Shown one piece after another: positions 18,471 through 33,739 of a stretch of 64,000 bases of DNA. How positions within the stretch are numbered: position 1 is the stretch's first letter; every line of letters starts with the position of its first letter. Position numbers and translations under genes: made by a program. The notes under the pieces were generated by a model that saw nothing but the letters and a program-made list of their open reading frames with translations, made no database searches and was not told where the DNA came from. The stretch is taken from the NCBI RefSeq assembly GCF_009914755.1, contig NC_060928.1; one strand, written 5' to 3'. This DNA comes from the human T2T-CHM13v2.0 reference genome, Homo sapiens.

Positions 18471-20775
18471 ATTTAAAGAAGAGGTTTTCGAAATTTTAAA
18501 TAACAAGAACAAAGGTGCAAATACCCATCTAATTGTTGACTTTTGTGACCCTGATCCGTTTCTGCAGCTCTGTGCTCTCATTCATTTAACAGGTACATAA
18601 TCATGCTTGTAGTACATCGTCTCTTCCCGTCTTTATCCGGGAGCTTGGGTCCAAATTTTGCAGATGACGAAGACTGATTTCATTTAGTACTGGGCCATAG
18701 CTGGCTTTTTTAGAGCTTTGGAGGAACCTAACTCCTTTTCTAGGAGAACAGCCTGAAGATTATTAGTCTTGGACTCTTCTTTCTCAGGTAGTTCTTAGGC
18801 CTAAAGGAGGGGGCAAAGGCTTCTTAAAGGAAATGATTCTTGAGTGGAGTGTTTTAACTTTTATTATTTCCTTGTTACACAGAAATGATACATATACTGT
18901 GGAAAAATTAGAAAACAAACTAGTAAAATTTTTTAAATATTTGTAAATCTATTCTCAGAACCCAGAAGTAACCATTTATATCAACATTTTAAAGTGCAGG
19001 ACTTACATGCAAATCAAATTTGCATTTTAGGAATATATCACTCTGGATGGGGGAGGCATATGCAAGACAGGAGGTCAGGAAACCAGGTGGTTGGGTTTGC
19101 AGTAGTCCAGAAGAGAGATGATAAAGGCCTGAGCCTTTATTGACCGGGGATGGAGGAGGAGATTAGATTTAAGATAGAGAGGAAGGAAAGAGGACAATAT
19201 TTTCTACAGGAGAGAGAGAAGTCCAAGAAGCCTTCCAAGTTTTGTCTTGAGTCACTCAGTGAGGTGGCCCAAGAAGAGAAGAGGATGGAGGAGAGATAAT
19301 CTGCTGAGCCAGTCAGACTCGATTCCCTCAGAATTTTGACTAAGGAGTATTGAAATCATCTGCCAGCTGTTAGCCAACAGGGAAAGGACAACACATGCAG
19401 AGAGCAGTGTAGATGATGGGAGAGACGGTGCAGACTGAAGCAGAGGTGACAGACTGGTCAGCTTCCACAGCTGCTGCAGATTCTGACAGCCTCCCCAGGT
19501 CCCATCTGTGAAGAGGATGGTAGCTAAAGGGGAATCAGAGGATTTCTTTGTTTGGTAGATGATTTCTTTGTTTGGAAGAGACATTGCTTTTTAAATAGGA
19601 TGGGCTAAAGACTGAAGTAGAAAGAAAAGACAAAGCAACAAGACTTTGGAAGTGATGAGTCATAGAGAGTGCGTCCTTGGGTCTGAGGAAAGGCTGGGCA
19701 AACCGCACAAAGAAGAGGGACATAGGACACGAAGGATCCTGAACCTTGTACCAGGTTAAAGTCTCACCGAGTAATAAGAGAAAACCCTTTATAAGAAGCT
19801 TCATGTAAACTAACTTATGTTAAGTATCATTTAATAAAAGTTTTTCCCTATAAAACATATAATATCCCTAATATTTATGTATATCAACCTATTTTTTAAA
19901 ATAGCACTTAACTCTTAATTTGGTTATCTGTCTCACCCTTTACCATTTTATCAAGGCAACCAGATTTCCTGACATTTGTAGCTACTTAACATGTAAGCTT
20001 TTAAAAATGTCTTTTTAAAGTATAATTTTATTTGTATTATGGAGCCAACTTTACTTAAATCAGAAGAATAGTGGCTGAAATAGTTCCCTAAGGAATTTTA
20101 ATGGATGGTTCGGTGGTGTGTGTTTTTGTTTGAGTTTTTGTTGTGGTGAGACAAAAAGGTCCTTGCACCACAGAAAATAAATGATGTTGTTTGCCAAGTA
20201 TAACACTAGTTTTCAAGTATGTTGTTTTTCACCAAGCATAGCAAACCAATCTTAAATTTGAGGTTGTTGCTGCTGCCTGAAGAAAATTGGTGAATTTTTG
20301 AGTCTATTTTTGGTAGACTTAAAAATTTCCCTTTTTTTATTTTTGGTAGGTTGCACCCTACCTCTCCACCCATAAGAATCTCAGCTGGGAAAGATGCCTT
20401 CCTTGTTCTGAGATGCGTTTCTTTCTCTGAGGACCCGCTTTCTTGTCACCACTTCTTATGCACAACTCTCATAGACACTCCAGCTTCATCTCTGTGACAC
20501 CTGCTTCCCTAGGATGTGACTCATCTCATGCTCCCTCTGATTTGATTTCTCCCCTTCTGTACCGCTCACACATCTCCACTCAGAGCTCCTTCCTAAAGCC
20601 CAATGCCAGGGGACAATCTTCAGAGCTCCCATCTATCTGTCACAAAGTCTATACTCAGGAATTCCCCAAAGAGTTCTCAAATTTCCAGGGAACACCACCA
20701 AAGTCTTCCATATACTTTCTTTTGGGTACTCCTAAATCCTCATTCTCAGATAAAGGAATTTGGGGTAGATACCCA

Positions 20776-21465
20776 GTAGAGGGGTTGCTGGATCTAATAA
20801 TAGATCTGCTTTTAGTTCTTTTAGAAGTCTTCATACTGTTTTCCATAGAGGTTGTACTAATTTACATTTCCACCAGCAGGGCATAAGCGTTCCCTTTTCA
20901 CCACGTCTGCTCCATCTATTGTTTTTTGACTTTTTAATAATGTCCATTCTGGTTGGAGTAAGGTGGTAGGTACCTCATTTTATTTTAACTTGCATTTCCC
21001 TGATGATTAGTCATGTTGAGCATTTTTTCATGTTTGTTGACCATTTGTATATCTTCTTTTGACAAATGTCTGTTCAAGTCATTTGCCCACTTTTTAATGG
21101 GATTACTTTTTTCTTGCTGATTTGAGTTCTTTAGAGATTCTGAATATTAGTTTTTTTGTCAGATGCGTAGTTTGCAACTATTTTCTCCCATCCTGTAGGT
21201 TGTTTACTCTGTTGATTATTTATTTTGCTGTGCAAAAGCTTTTTAGTTTAATTGGGTCCCATTTATTTATTTTCGTTTTTGTTGCATTTGCTTTTGGAGT
21301 CTTAGTCATAAATTCTTTGCCTATGCCAGTATCCAAAGAGTACATTTTCTTCTGGAATTGTTATGGTTTCAGGTCTTAGATTTAAGTCTTTAATCCATCT
21401 TAAGTTAATTTTTGTGTACGGTGAGAGACAGAGTTTCATTCTTCTATGTGTGGCTATCCAATTTT
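20776..21465 (-). mobile_element. L1PB/L1MA ORF2 3' fragment
   Basis: Degenerate ORF2 peptide ([21 protein letters not shown]) on the - strand. Confidence 0.85.
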
Positions 21466-21538
21466 GGTACTTCTTTGAAATGAACGAGTTATCTTTGACC
21501 AATTGGTATCTAGACAAATATTTCCTTTTCCAAGGATA

Positions 21539-21656
21539 GGTAATTTTAATACTTCATCCCTAAGTACTTTGAAATGTATCTCCTAAGAATAAGGGCATCC
21601 TCTTACACCAGGGGTCCCCAACCCCCAGGCCACAGACCAGTACCAGAACCATTAGG
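21539..21656. repeat. Inverted copy of 18156-18252 (L1M/MER1A junction)
   Basis: Manual alignment of the reverse complement; the terminal GTACCAGAACCATTAGG is identical. Confidence 0.8.
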
Positions 21657-22342
21657 TAATTGAGAAATGGAGGCTACCTTTCCATACCTGTGGAAAATGG
21701 CCACATTCTGGACTCTTACCAATCTTGACATCAGGCCATGAAATTAAAACTCTCTTGATAAAATTGATAATCTTCTTAGAGCCATGTTGGTCTAAGATCC
21801 AGCATGCTGATAGCGTTTACTTTCCTTGGCCTTTGTTTTAAAGAACCAGAAAGAATGTCTGAGAGAAGAATATTTGAAATACCACCTTATTTGAAAGGAG
21901 AGTTAACTTTGGTTGTGTGAAGTCACTCTTAATGCTGAATGTCTTCCTTCTATCTTCCCAGATAAGCCAGTGCTATCGGCATTGATATTGTGGTGTTATT
22001 CTTTTTGCACTATCAGATCATACTAATTTCTGGTTTTTGATGGCCTTTCTTATTTTTATAGTCAACAATTTAGACTGCAATGATTATGTTTAATTAAATG
22101 AATTTTATACAGAACATTATAATTCTTATTCAATAAATATTTGTGGTAATATGTATCAGACACTCTCCTAGGAGCCGAAGATACAAATATAAATAGAATA
22201 CGTAGTCCCAGCCATCAGGAGCACTCACTCTAGGATGATTTATATATACTGTACATACCTGGGTGTATGTACATGCACAGATCCTTCATTGTGAAAACTG
22301 CAGCTGATTTTCCCTTGTCGAAAAGTCAACACATTGTTTTAA

Positions 22343-22642
<300 letters not shown>

Positions 22643-23349
22643 TAGTGAGTATATTTGATTTAAGCAAGAGACAAAAATGAATTAACTGTTTTTCTTTAAA
22701 ATTGTGTATCTAATACTCTATTATAGATATGAATATTTCATACCACAAATGTTTTTAAAATGAAAACAAATTATTCAGTTATTTCTGTAGGAAAAGAAAA
22801 AAGAGGAAGGTATCGTTGCAATATCTTTTAACTTAGAAGCTAAGGTCTTTTTAGCTTTTTTTGATATGTTTCCTTGAATTATTACTTATACATAATAAAA
22901 TTCAACAATTTTAAGTGTACAATCTGATGAGTTTTGACAAATATATTACACTTTTATAACCAGTATCACAATCATGATATGGGACATTTTTATCACCTCA
23001 AAAAATTTCCTCTGTGCTCTGTTACAATCAGTCCCCTCCTGCTATTAATAGCTTTTAATGCAGGGGGATGTAGCATTAACTTTCTTCCATAGGTTGTAAA
23101 TAGTTTTTATGTTTTACATATTATTTTTTAAATTCATTTTCAATGTTTACTGAATACGTACTTTTTGTCTAGCATAATATCAGATATTTGGTATTTTTAT
23201 TTGCAGGTAAAGGACATAATCCTAGTAAAGATAAGTAAAATGTTTAAGTTCACATAGCTAGTAACTGACAATTTCTACTTAAGCTGAAGTGTTTCCAAAT
23301 TCTATGCCCTTTCTTTGATACCAGGTTACCTTTCAACCTCAATGTTTTG

Positions 23350-25400
23350 AGGCTGTTAATTGTTTTGTTCAAGTTTTATCTTTTATTGGTTTCTTGTCTG
23401 CTTTGCCTATTCATAATTAAGAAAGATATAGAAATCTCCCCCTCTGATGAGGATTTGTCCATTTTTCCCTCCAGTTCTAAATATTTATGCTTTATATATT
23501 TTGAGACAATTTTGTTAGGTGCATTAATGTTTAGAATTATTAAATCTTCCTGGAGAAAACTAAACTTTTTGACATCATGATATGATCCTCTCCACCCTAG
23601 TTTGTTTCTGTCTTAAAGTCCTTTTTTAACATTAATGTTTTAAAAATAATATTTAATATCATAGAGCTTTATTTTATAAGTATTTGAATTTTTTTTCTTT
23701 CTTTTTCTCAGTCCGTGTCTTTATGTATTTGACATATCTTTTACACGCAGCCTGTTTCCAATCTGGCAGTCTCTGTCTTCTAACAGACAAACTCAGTGAG
23801 TCCATTTATAGAGATTACTGATATATTTGAATTCATGTCTGCTATCTTCTTTAAAAATTTCTACTGGAACTGCTTTTTCTGTGATATTTTTCTTACCTAT
23901 TTTTCGTTGCTTGTATCATTATTCTTGCTATATACTCTTTCTTTTTTTTAAATGATTACACTTAAAATTTAACATGATATTTGTCTTAACAGATACTAAA
24001 GTGAAACACTATCTTAACCCCTTTTCAAATAATTCAAAGCCCTTAATACACCTTAGCTTCAGTTACCCTTCCTTTACTCATGTGCTATTGTCATCAATAT
24101 TTTAGTGCTATCTCTTTTCTCCATCATCTATAATTATACTACTACTACTTATTATTATTACATTTTATACACCAAAAAATTTATAAATTAAGTATATATT
24201 ATACAATATATAAATGATATAAATATAATTATATATTGCATATATTTATATGTTTGTTTTTAATATAAATATTATGTATTTCATACAGCTGTACCTAGTT
24301 TAAATTTACAATTGTGCCTCACTTTTTCTTTACTCATCATCCTCTTACATCGGAAACTGTCTTTATTGGATCATTCTTTTCTTCCTAAAACATATTTTAA
24401 ATATTTCTTTTTAGTGAAAGTGTGTGGGTGATCAATTCTTTTTGTTGTTATTTATCTGATGATGTCTTCTTTTACCTCTTCCTGAAAGGTAGCTTGATAA
24501 TTCTAGATTGTATTCATCTGGGTAGGCTACTTGCTATAACAAACAATCCTAATGTCTCAGTGGCTTAACATGATGAAAGTTTAGATCTCATTTCATTTAA
24601 CTGTTCCTGGTCATGTGGCTCAGTGACTCCAGCCTTTCTTCTAGTGTTCCTATTATTCCCAAGGGCTTAGGAGTCCTCTGTTAGATCCTTTGCATCTAGC
24701 TGCCAATGAGAGAAGAGAGAAGGCAGGCAGTATCACATGGGACATTTTGGAGACCTGACTTGAAAGAAGTATCATCATTTCTGCTCATGTTCCACTGGGT
24801 AGAATTAGTCACATGGTCTATCCATATGCAAGGAAGTAAGAAATGTAGCCTTCCTGTGTGGCCAGGAAGAAGATCAAGTGAATACGTGGGATTGCTTGTG
24901 CCACCTAAGTAGATAGTTATTTTCTCTAATCTATTTGAAGATAGTATCCCTTTGTCTTTTGACCTCTATTATTGCTGTTAAGAAGTCTACTGTCAGTCTA
25001 TCATTCCTTTGTAAGGAATATGCCTTTTCTAGTGTTTGTTCAGCTTTTAGTATTCTGTGCCCAAACTGTTGTTTAATCTCTCCATTGTGTTTTCTATTTA
25101 AACAATTATATATTTATTTTTAGAAGTTTCTGAATAGTGCTTAATCAACATTTCAAATCTGCCATGATATCCCCGATCGTCTCTTGTTGCTTGCTCATCT
25201 TTGTGACTCTATACTTGTAGACTCTATACTCTATTCTAGATCTACTAGATTCTACTAGCTCTAGTCCTAAGTGGATTCTCACTTGTAATGGTTTCCCTTC
25301 TTATGTCCTTGGGGATCTTTGACTAAACTTATTGCTTGATGTTATCTTTGGGAGTCTTGTCATTCTAATGAGGGGATGCTCTCCTCCAGAGATAATTTAC
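23350..25400 (-). mobile_element. Very degenerate L1M region with a nested MLT1-like LTR (~24510-24910)
   Basis: L1 endonuclease-region-like antisense phrases plus the MLT1-like TTGCTATAACAAACAATCCTAATGTCTCAGTGGCTTAAC. Boundaries approximate. Confidence 0.5.
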
Positions 25401-28003
25401 TTCTTCTGCTTTTGCCACTGACCTAGGATATTTCAGCCTTACTTGAGGGTATGGGCTTAATACAGTGGTTCTAGGCTCAGCTCACCTACCTTGTTCCTAG
25501 CCCAGTACTCAGTGTCCTGATGGAAGCTGTCGTGGGAATCAGCCCTCAGGACAGCCCTGCTTCTGTCTTTCTGCCCACCACTCAACACTCCCAGCAGAGA
25601 CCCTAACTTGCTCTGCAGTAATGGAGGAAGTTAGAAGGTTGTCCTTGGAAACCTCTCTGCTTCTTGCATGTCAGCAATTTGAAAAGTATGTTCTGGCCAT
25701 GGATCTGGTTTTACAGCGCAAGGGTCTCTCAGAGCATCTAGTCAAACATAATGCTTTGAACAGAAGTGAGATTTAAAATGTTTTTAACTAATCTGTATCT
25801 CTTTCTTTTTGAAATCCTTCCAGTCTGTATTCTCAATGCTAAAGCTATTTTATCCAAAAGGATGCATTTCCTTGTGTTGCTTCATATATCAAAATTTAGT
25901 GAATAATCAAAATGGCAAAGAAGGAATTTACTTAGACACATTTTTTTTATTTTCTGTGTTCTGAAAAATACATACAGACCTAGAGTTAATAATTCTAATT
26001 TCTTGTGTGTAGTACTGATCCTTTATATTTTTAAAACAAATGAAATATTTAAGCATTTGTTATATAAAACATACAACAAATTTCCGGGATGATAACATCC
26101 TGAATCTTTCTAAGTCGTTTTGGAGTAAGATACTGCTAAGACCTTTTGTCATCCTTGCCTTTCTTTCCATGGGAAAGTGTGTAGATGTTTCTCAAAAGAA
26201 CAGGTTTCTGTCTGTTGCCAGCCCTGTATCAACATTGTAATTAAGAGAGGCTTTTATTCTTATTGAACAGAGTGGAAGCTGCTGCAAATGCATGCTACTA
26301 ATAAGTGCTTAAAAATACAGCTAATTAAATTGGTTAGGAACCGTAGAGCTTGCCAGGTCTTTAATAGTGAGGCTTTTATGACTGGAATAGAGACCTTCTC
26401 AAAAGACCTTTTTTAACTGGTATGGCTTAATTTATAACAAAATGTCATAAGGTCATTTTGTTTTCTGTGAGTTACATATTTAATAAAAGCTTAGCTTCTT
26501 CAAGTCACAAGATTTCAAAATGTAAAGACCATAAGCTTGGAGATTTCGAAAAACTATTCAAAGAGTATATGGGTTTTTTTTGTTTAAAGTAGTGTATGGT
26601 ATTTTGGCTAAATGCAATAAAATTATTTATTGGCCAAGATTTAAATCTATTAAGTAGACAACAGAAGATCTTAACTGATATTTAACTTAATTTCTAGATA
26701 TAAAATAATGTTTTGTAACTTTTTTACACTAGAATTACTGCAATACAATTTTAGTTGTTAGGCAGAGTGTATTTGGCCAGCATATTCTATAGCAATTTGC
26801 ATATATTGAATGTGCTTACTAAGTATAAAAAGCAGATGTCTCCACTTTATTTATATTTGTCATAATGTAAAAGTTGGCAAGACATGGAGACCATATCATG
26901 TAATTATTTATTGTATAGCGAGACCGCAGCAAGATATATAATACTCTTTAGAGAGCTGGAGAACCAGAGAAAATACATGATACTATTTAAGGAGTTTGGG
27001 TTTTCAATGGTGGCAATATTAATATTTATGGATACAGTCATTAAACAGGGCAACTGGAAGCTACTCTGAATTCTTCATGGTTCCTCTCTGAACATTTTCA
27101 TTTTGCCTGCTTTTAATTTTCCTTGTGAGAGAAATAAATGTTGCTTTAAGTAACAACAAAAAATGAGGTACAGAATGGTTCATCTCTTTGTATGAAAGTA
27201 TTAGCACAGCGCACATCCTGATTTTGAAGTTTGTCATTTTATTTTGTAAAAACTATCTGTTTCCCGGGACATGCTCTTCTTGAAAACAGAAAAATATAAA
27301 GCATTTTGTGAATTATCTTGTATGTCTAGTATTTTCCATGATTTAAAATAAAATATGCTCTTTTAAAGTTTGAATTCAGATTAGTTTGTGGTATACACAG
27401 TGTTTCTAATTTGACAAATAAGATTTTATAATATCGTGACACTTTTTTCTTATTATCTATATTATAATTTAGTTCTGTATTCTCACTTTGTAAGTTTAAT
27501 TGCTGTCTTGGCTTGGATTTAATGATTTCACCAAAAATGTTGAATATTGTCTTTTAAAAAATAATGTAAAAGTAATTGAATTTAAAGACTCTTAATAGTT
27601 ACTTGTGGTACCTGTGTAGCTATGTAACCACAGGGGACGAGAATAACTGTATAGTATTAACAAACTATAATAAAATATTAGTATTATAAATTATTATTAA
27701 AGAGATTAAAGTTTAAAACTGTTTTAAATGATTTGTAATGTAAATTAATCAGTATCCTACTTAGTATATTATTTGTTATTATGACTAATTTCGGCAGTCT
27801 CTAACTTATTTTCAAGTGTAGTCTTTTACATGCTAGTTAATGTGTTAAAATTCCAAGCATAGTTCTCCCCTTGTGTTTGAACAAAACTCCCACTGAAGCT
27901 GAAAGGATTCATTTTTTGTTCTTTTCTTAACACAAAGTTTGAACTTGCCCTGACAAAGATAATGGTTGGAAAATTGGGTGGTTTGATCATTTGTTTCATT
28001 TAA

Positions 28004-28126
<123 letters not shown>

Positions 28127-28680
28127 TAATAATTTTTATTTAGCTTTAATTCTGTTTTTTTCAAGTTCTTTTATTTCACCCTGACAAAATGCTAAAACAA
28201 GTATCTGGTATACAAATATACTTGTATCTACAATGTATGTATTATATACATTATAGTCTATAATGTATGTATATACACGTATATATCTATACATTATAGA
28301 TAACGAGCTCTGCAGAATGTCTGCAGATTTTTGCTTCATCTAAGTTATTTCTACCAGTCATCTATTTGAAGTGTAGATTCTCAACACAGCTGTAGATCTG
28401 GGTGTTTTGGCACATTTTAAAAAACACTCGGGCCTATATTTATTATTTCTTCATGAAGATGTATCTTTTAAGCATGGCATTATTATGAATCTCAGCTTTT
28501 TCATGTTTCTATCTTGATTGTTAACTTCCTAGGCAATACCTTTGTGGCAAACAGAATTGGCAAGAATGACTGAACACGAAAATTGGTCATATAGTTAGGA
28601 CATATTCTGTTCTTACAACAATGATAGAAAAATACAAAATGTTCTTTAGGAGGGCTATTCATAATCTGTGAATTTTCCTG

Positions 28681-28929
28681 CCCTCCCACCCTTCAAAATC
28701 TCCAATGTCTGTTATTCCACATTCTATGTCCATGTGTACACATTATTTAGCTCCCATTTGTCCCTTTAATCTAACTTGATTTAGGTTAAAGGCTTAAAAG
28801 GAAGACTTGACACTATAAAAATGCTAGAGGAAAACCTAGGAAAAATGCTTCTGGACATTGGCCTAGGCAAATAATTCATGACTAAGACCTCAAAAGCAAA
28901 TGCAGCAAAACCAAAAATAGACAAATAGG
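28681..28929. repeat. Three-piece rearranged L1 mosaic matching the neighbouring L1 at 29575-31125
   Basis: 28681-28759 = revcomp 30905-30983; 28764-28779 = revcomp 29933-29948; 28781-28929 = direct 29938-30088. Confidence 0.8.
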
Positions 28930-29574
28930 ACAGATGCATTCGTCATCAGTGTAGTTAATGATGGATGAGCAACATTGATGTCAAATAATTTTATATTTAG
29001 AACTCTTAATATAGTCAATTATAGAGTCAAATACCCATTCCATTGATTTATTAAGCCCTGACATTGAAATGCCATAGTTAATTTATGGGAGGAAAAGGCT
29101 CAAAGCTTTTAGGTTTTGTGTTTTTTTTCATAAAATAAATCTAAGAATTATAAACAATTTTTCTTCCTTATTATTTCAACAATTTTAGACTTTACAAGGA
29201 AATTTTATCTCAAATTTCAACAGCCTCCGTAATACTGAAAAAATATCAAGTTGGATTTTCTAGGCTTTAACTTTTTTTCCCCCATATTCAGGTAGAAATG
29301 ACATTTCTATGATTTTAAAAGAGGTAGAATCTACAAGGCAATAGACAGAAGAATTTTATGTTTTAACTAATTAAAAGTCATGTTTAACTATGTGACTTTA
29401 ATATAGTGTATATACAAACTGTTAGTTTATTTTCAATACAGTAGTACTGGAGGCTCTATTTAGTTTATAAATTTGGGTTCATAAAAGCATATTGCAGGCC
29501 TCTTTTTATTTTTTAAAAATCTTTATTGAGATATAGTACATAAGTGATACAATTCACCCATTTGAAGTGCATGT

Positions 29575-31125
29575 GTAATCCTAAAATTGGTATGGAACCA
29601 AAAAAGAGCCTGAATAGCCAAAGCAGTCCTAAGCAAAAAGAACAAAACTTGGAGGCATCACATCACCTGACTTCAAATTATGCTACAAGGCTTTCTATAG
29701 TAACCCAAAACAGCATGGTACTGGTATAAAAATAGACATAGATCAATGGAACAGAACAGAGAACACAGAAATAAAGCCACATGCCTATAGCCAATTGACC
29801 TTTGACAAAGTTGACAAAAATATACACTGGGGAAAGCACACCCTATTCAATAAATGGTGCTGGGAAAGTTGGATAGCCATATGCAAAAGAATGAAACTGA
29901 ACCCATCTCTCTCACCATATACAAAAATGAACTCAAGTTAGATTAAAGACTTAAGTGTAATGCCTGACACTATAAAAATGCTAGAAGAAAACCTAGGAAA
30001 CACTCTTCTGGACTTTGACCTAGGCAAATAATTCATTAGTAAGACCTCAAAAGCAAATGCAACAAAACCAAAAAATAGATAAGTAGGTCTTAATTAAACT
30101 GAAAAGTTTCTACACAGCAAAAGAAATAGTCCAGAGTCAATAGATAGCCTGCGGAATGAGAGAAAATATTTGCAAATTGCACATCCACCAACTGACTAAT
30201 ATCCAGAATCTATATAAGGAACTCAGACAACTCAACAAGAAAACAACAAATAACCCCATTAAAAAGTGGGCAAAGGACATGAACAGACATTTTTTAAAAG
30301 AAGACATACAAATGGATAACGTGCATATGAAAAAATGCTCATCACTAATCATCAGAGAAATGCAAATTAAAAGCACAATGAGATAACATCTTACACCAGT
30401 CAGAATGGCTATTATTAAAAGGTCAAAAAATAACAGATGCTGGTGAGGATGCAGAGAAAAGGGAATGCTTATACAGTGCTGGTGGAATTGTAAATGAGTA
30501 CAACCTCTACAGAAAACAGTATGGAGATTTCTCAAAAAACTAAAAATAGAACTACAGTTTGATCCAGTAACCCCATGACTTGGTATATAACCAAAGGAAA
30601 AGAAATCATTATATCAAAAAGGTACCTGCACTCATATATTTATGAGTGCTATTCACAATAGCAAAGATAATGGAATCAATCTAAGCATCCATCAACAGAT
30701 GACTGGATAAAGAAAATGTGGTGTATGTATATACTATGGAATAAAAAAGAACAAATAAATAAATGGAGTAAATTAAATAAATAAATGGAATAAATAACAG
30801 AGAATGAAATCATGTCATTTGCAGCAACGTAGATAGAACTGGAGGCCATTATCTTAAGTGAAACAACTCAAACAGAAAGTCAAATATCACATATTCTCAC
30901 TTATAAATGGGGGCTAAATAATGTATACACATGGACATAGAGTGTAAAATAACAGACATTGGAGCTTTTGAAGGGCGGGAGGGGAGTCAGAAATGAAAAA
31001 CTACTTAATGGATACAATGTACACTCCTTAGGTGATGGTTACACTAAAAGCCCAGACTTCACCACCATGCAACATCCATCTATTAAAACTGTACTTGTAC
31101 TCCCTAAATATATACAAATAATAAA
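29575..31125 (+). mobile_element. 5'-truncated L1PB/L1MA element nested in an older minus-strand L1M 3' end (29510-29574 and 31126-31372)
   Basis: ORF2 C-terminal peptide ([15 protein letters not shown]) and 3'UTR; the host L1 text resumes after the tail (TTTGAAGTG / TTTAAAGTG). Confidence 0.85.
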
Positions 31126-32146
31126 TTTTAAAGTGTACAAGTAAATGCTTTTTGGTGTATTCACAGATATGCGCAACCCTCATCAAACTCAATTTTAAAA
31201 CATTTTTCTCACCTCAGAAAGAAATCCTATACCCTTTAGCTCAGCCAGCCCAACCCCTGGGCAACTGCTAATCTACTTTCCATTCCTATAGATATCCCTG
31301 TTCTGGATATTACATATGAATGGAATCATATAATGTGTGGCTATTTGTGACTGGCTTCTTTCATTTAGCATAAGGAGGTGCATTCCTCCTTTTCAGTCTC
31401 ATTAGAAAGAAAATTTAAGTTTCTCTGTGCGGTGTTGCTTTTTTTTTTTTTTTGCCTTTATTTTTTCTACTGTAAAGAATAGATGTTATTTTACCTAATA
31501 TTTAGATTTTGTTATTAACCATGAGATATGGGTTAATTGTGGAAAGCAGTAAATACAGCTAGAAAAACTTTTTTAAGAAGGTAATAAATATGAAAATTAT
31601 TTTAGGGGTTCCTTAGCAATGTGTGTATCTTTTGTTGCATACACACTTTTTAAACTATAGTAATATTAGTATACTGTAAGAGGCTAATATTTGTCTGAAA
31701 GTGTATGCATTTCTAAAAGTATTAAGACAAAAGCAATGTTCTGTGTGAAAAAATTTATTTTATAATTTATATTTTAAATTCCACACACTTAAGTTCTCTT
31801 TATTATCATAGTTCATTATTGTTTCTCTTTTTAGAACATAATTAAATTTTTAAAACTTCACTGAAGTATAATGAAGTAAACTGAACATATGTAAAATGTA
31901 CAATTTGAATAGTTTCCACATAGGTGTATACCCTGAAACTATCGACACAGTGAATACATTCATCACCCCAAAAGTTTCCTTGAGAACACATTTAAATCTG
32001 ACTTACATTTTGGTTACTTGTTTATATATTTGTGTCCCATACTGATTGTCATCTCAGCTGGGACTACATCTTCCTTTCTTTAGCAAATCATCTTCATAAA
32101 TAGGCAGTCACAAAATATTTGTTAAATTAACCAACTGAGATGAAGC

Positions 32147-32453
32147 TTTTTTTTGTTTTGTTTTTGAGACAGGGCCTCGCTTTGTCACCCATGCTGGAGT
32201 GCATGGTGCAATCATGGCTAACCGCAGCCTTGACCTCCCAGCCTCAAGTGATCTTCCCATCTCACTCCCCACCCCAAGTAGCTAGGGACTACAGGACCAC
32301 TCCACTACACCCAGCTAATTTTTTTTTTTTTTTTTTAAGAGATGCGGTCTTACTTTGTTCCCCAGGCTGGTCTCAAACTCCTGGGCTCAAGTGATCTTCC
32401 CACTTTAGCTTCCCTTAAGTGCTGGGATTATAGGTATGATCCACTGCACCCAG
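32147..32453 (-). mobile_element. AluJ element
   Basis: Reverse dimer; TSD TGAAGCTTT. Confidence 0.9.
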
Positions 32454-32570
32454 TTTTGAAGCTTTCTTTTGGAAAAAAAAATTATATTTAGTCACTTAAT
32501 GTTAGCAAGAGAATTTCAACTTTTTTTTTTTTTCTATAATAGGTCTATTTTTGTTTGGCCTAGAGTTTTC

Positions 32571-32902
<332 letters not shown>

Positions 32903-33055
32903 TAATATGTTGGAGTATATTTTTGCTGTCATATAATTCCTTGCGTTTTTTATGTGACAGGAATATGAAAAGAAATCACTTATTAAGTATGTAGTTCTTA
33001 AATCATACCATATGCAATCTTTTATGAATTATACTTATAATTTTATGACATTTAA

Positions 33056-33184
<129 letters not shown>

Positions 33185-33739
33185 TAAGTTGAGGTTTTGC
33201 TTACCTTAAAATCATTTCCAAATAATGTTAACTTTTGTTTTGTTAAAATTATTACATTTTTGTCAAAAGACAAACTCCTTGAACAGTTTTACAGTTTAAA
33301 GATCTATTGCACTAGTAAAATAGTTACCTGTGTTCGTTTGGTATGAATAATGCAGAAAGGTGCCATGAAGCCTCAGCTGGGCCAGTTAGTAAGGGTGGGG
33401 CTGTCAATACACTTGCTTCTTTTGTGGTCAATAGAGAGGTGGCTGAGAGATGAGCTCTGCCTCTGCTTAAATTTTTGACAACATTGTGATTTGGATTTTG
33501 CACATTTACAGTTTTTTACTGTTGGAGGTTTTGGAGAATTAAGGGTCAGCAGAAGGGTATTTTGCCCTGATGTTGAGCATCTTTGACAAAATAAGGTATA
33601 TGTAACTCTAAAGTGACTTCTCTAATGGTACATCTTATATTATCATGGTCTCCCTCTTAACTTTTTTGTGAGTATTTTGAAGTATACATTATTTTAATAG
33701 TTGGAGGTAAAAGCAGGATTGACATTATAATAAACTGAC

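Noticed and set aside
20443-20886. 147-aa Ser/Pro-rich ORF
   Set aside because: No ATG start, no recognisable domain, and the 3' part runs into an antisense L1 fragment.
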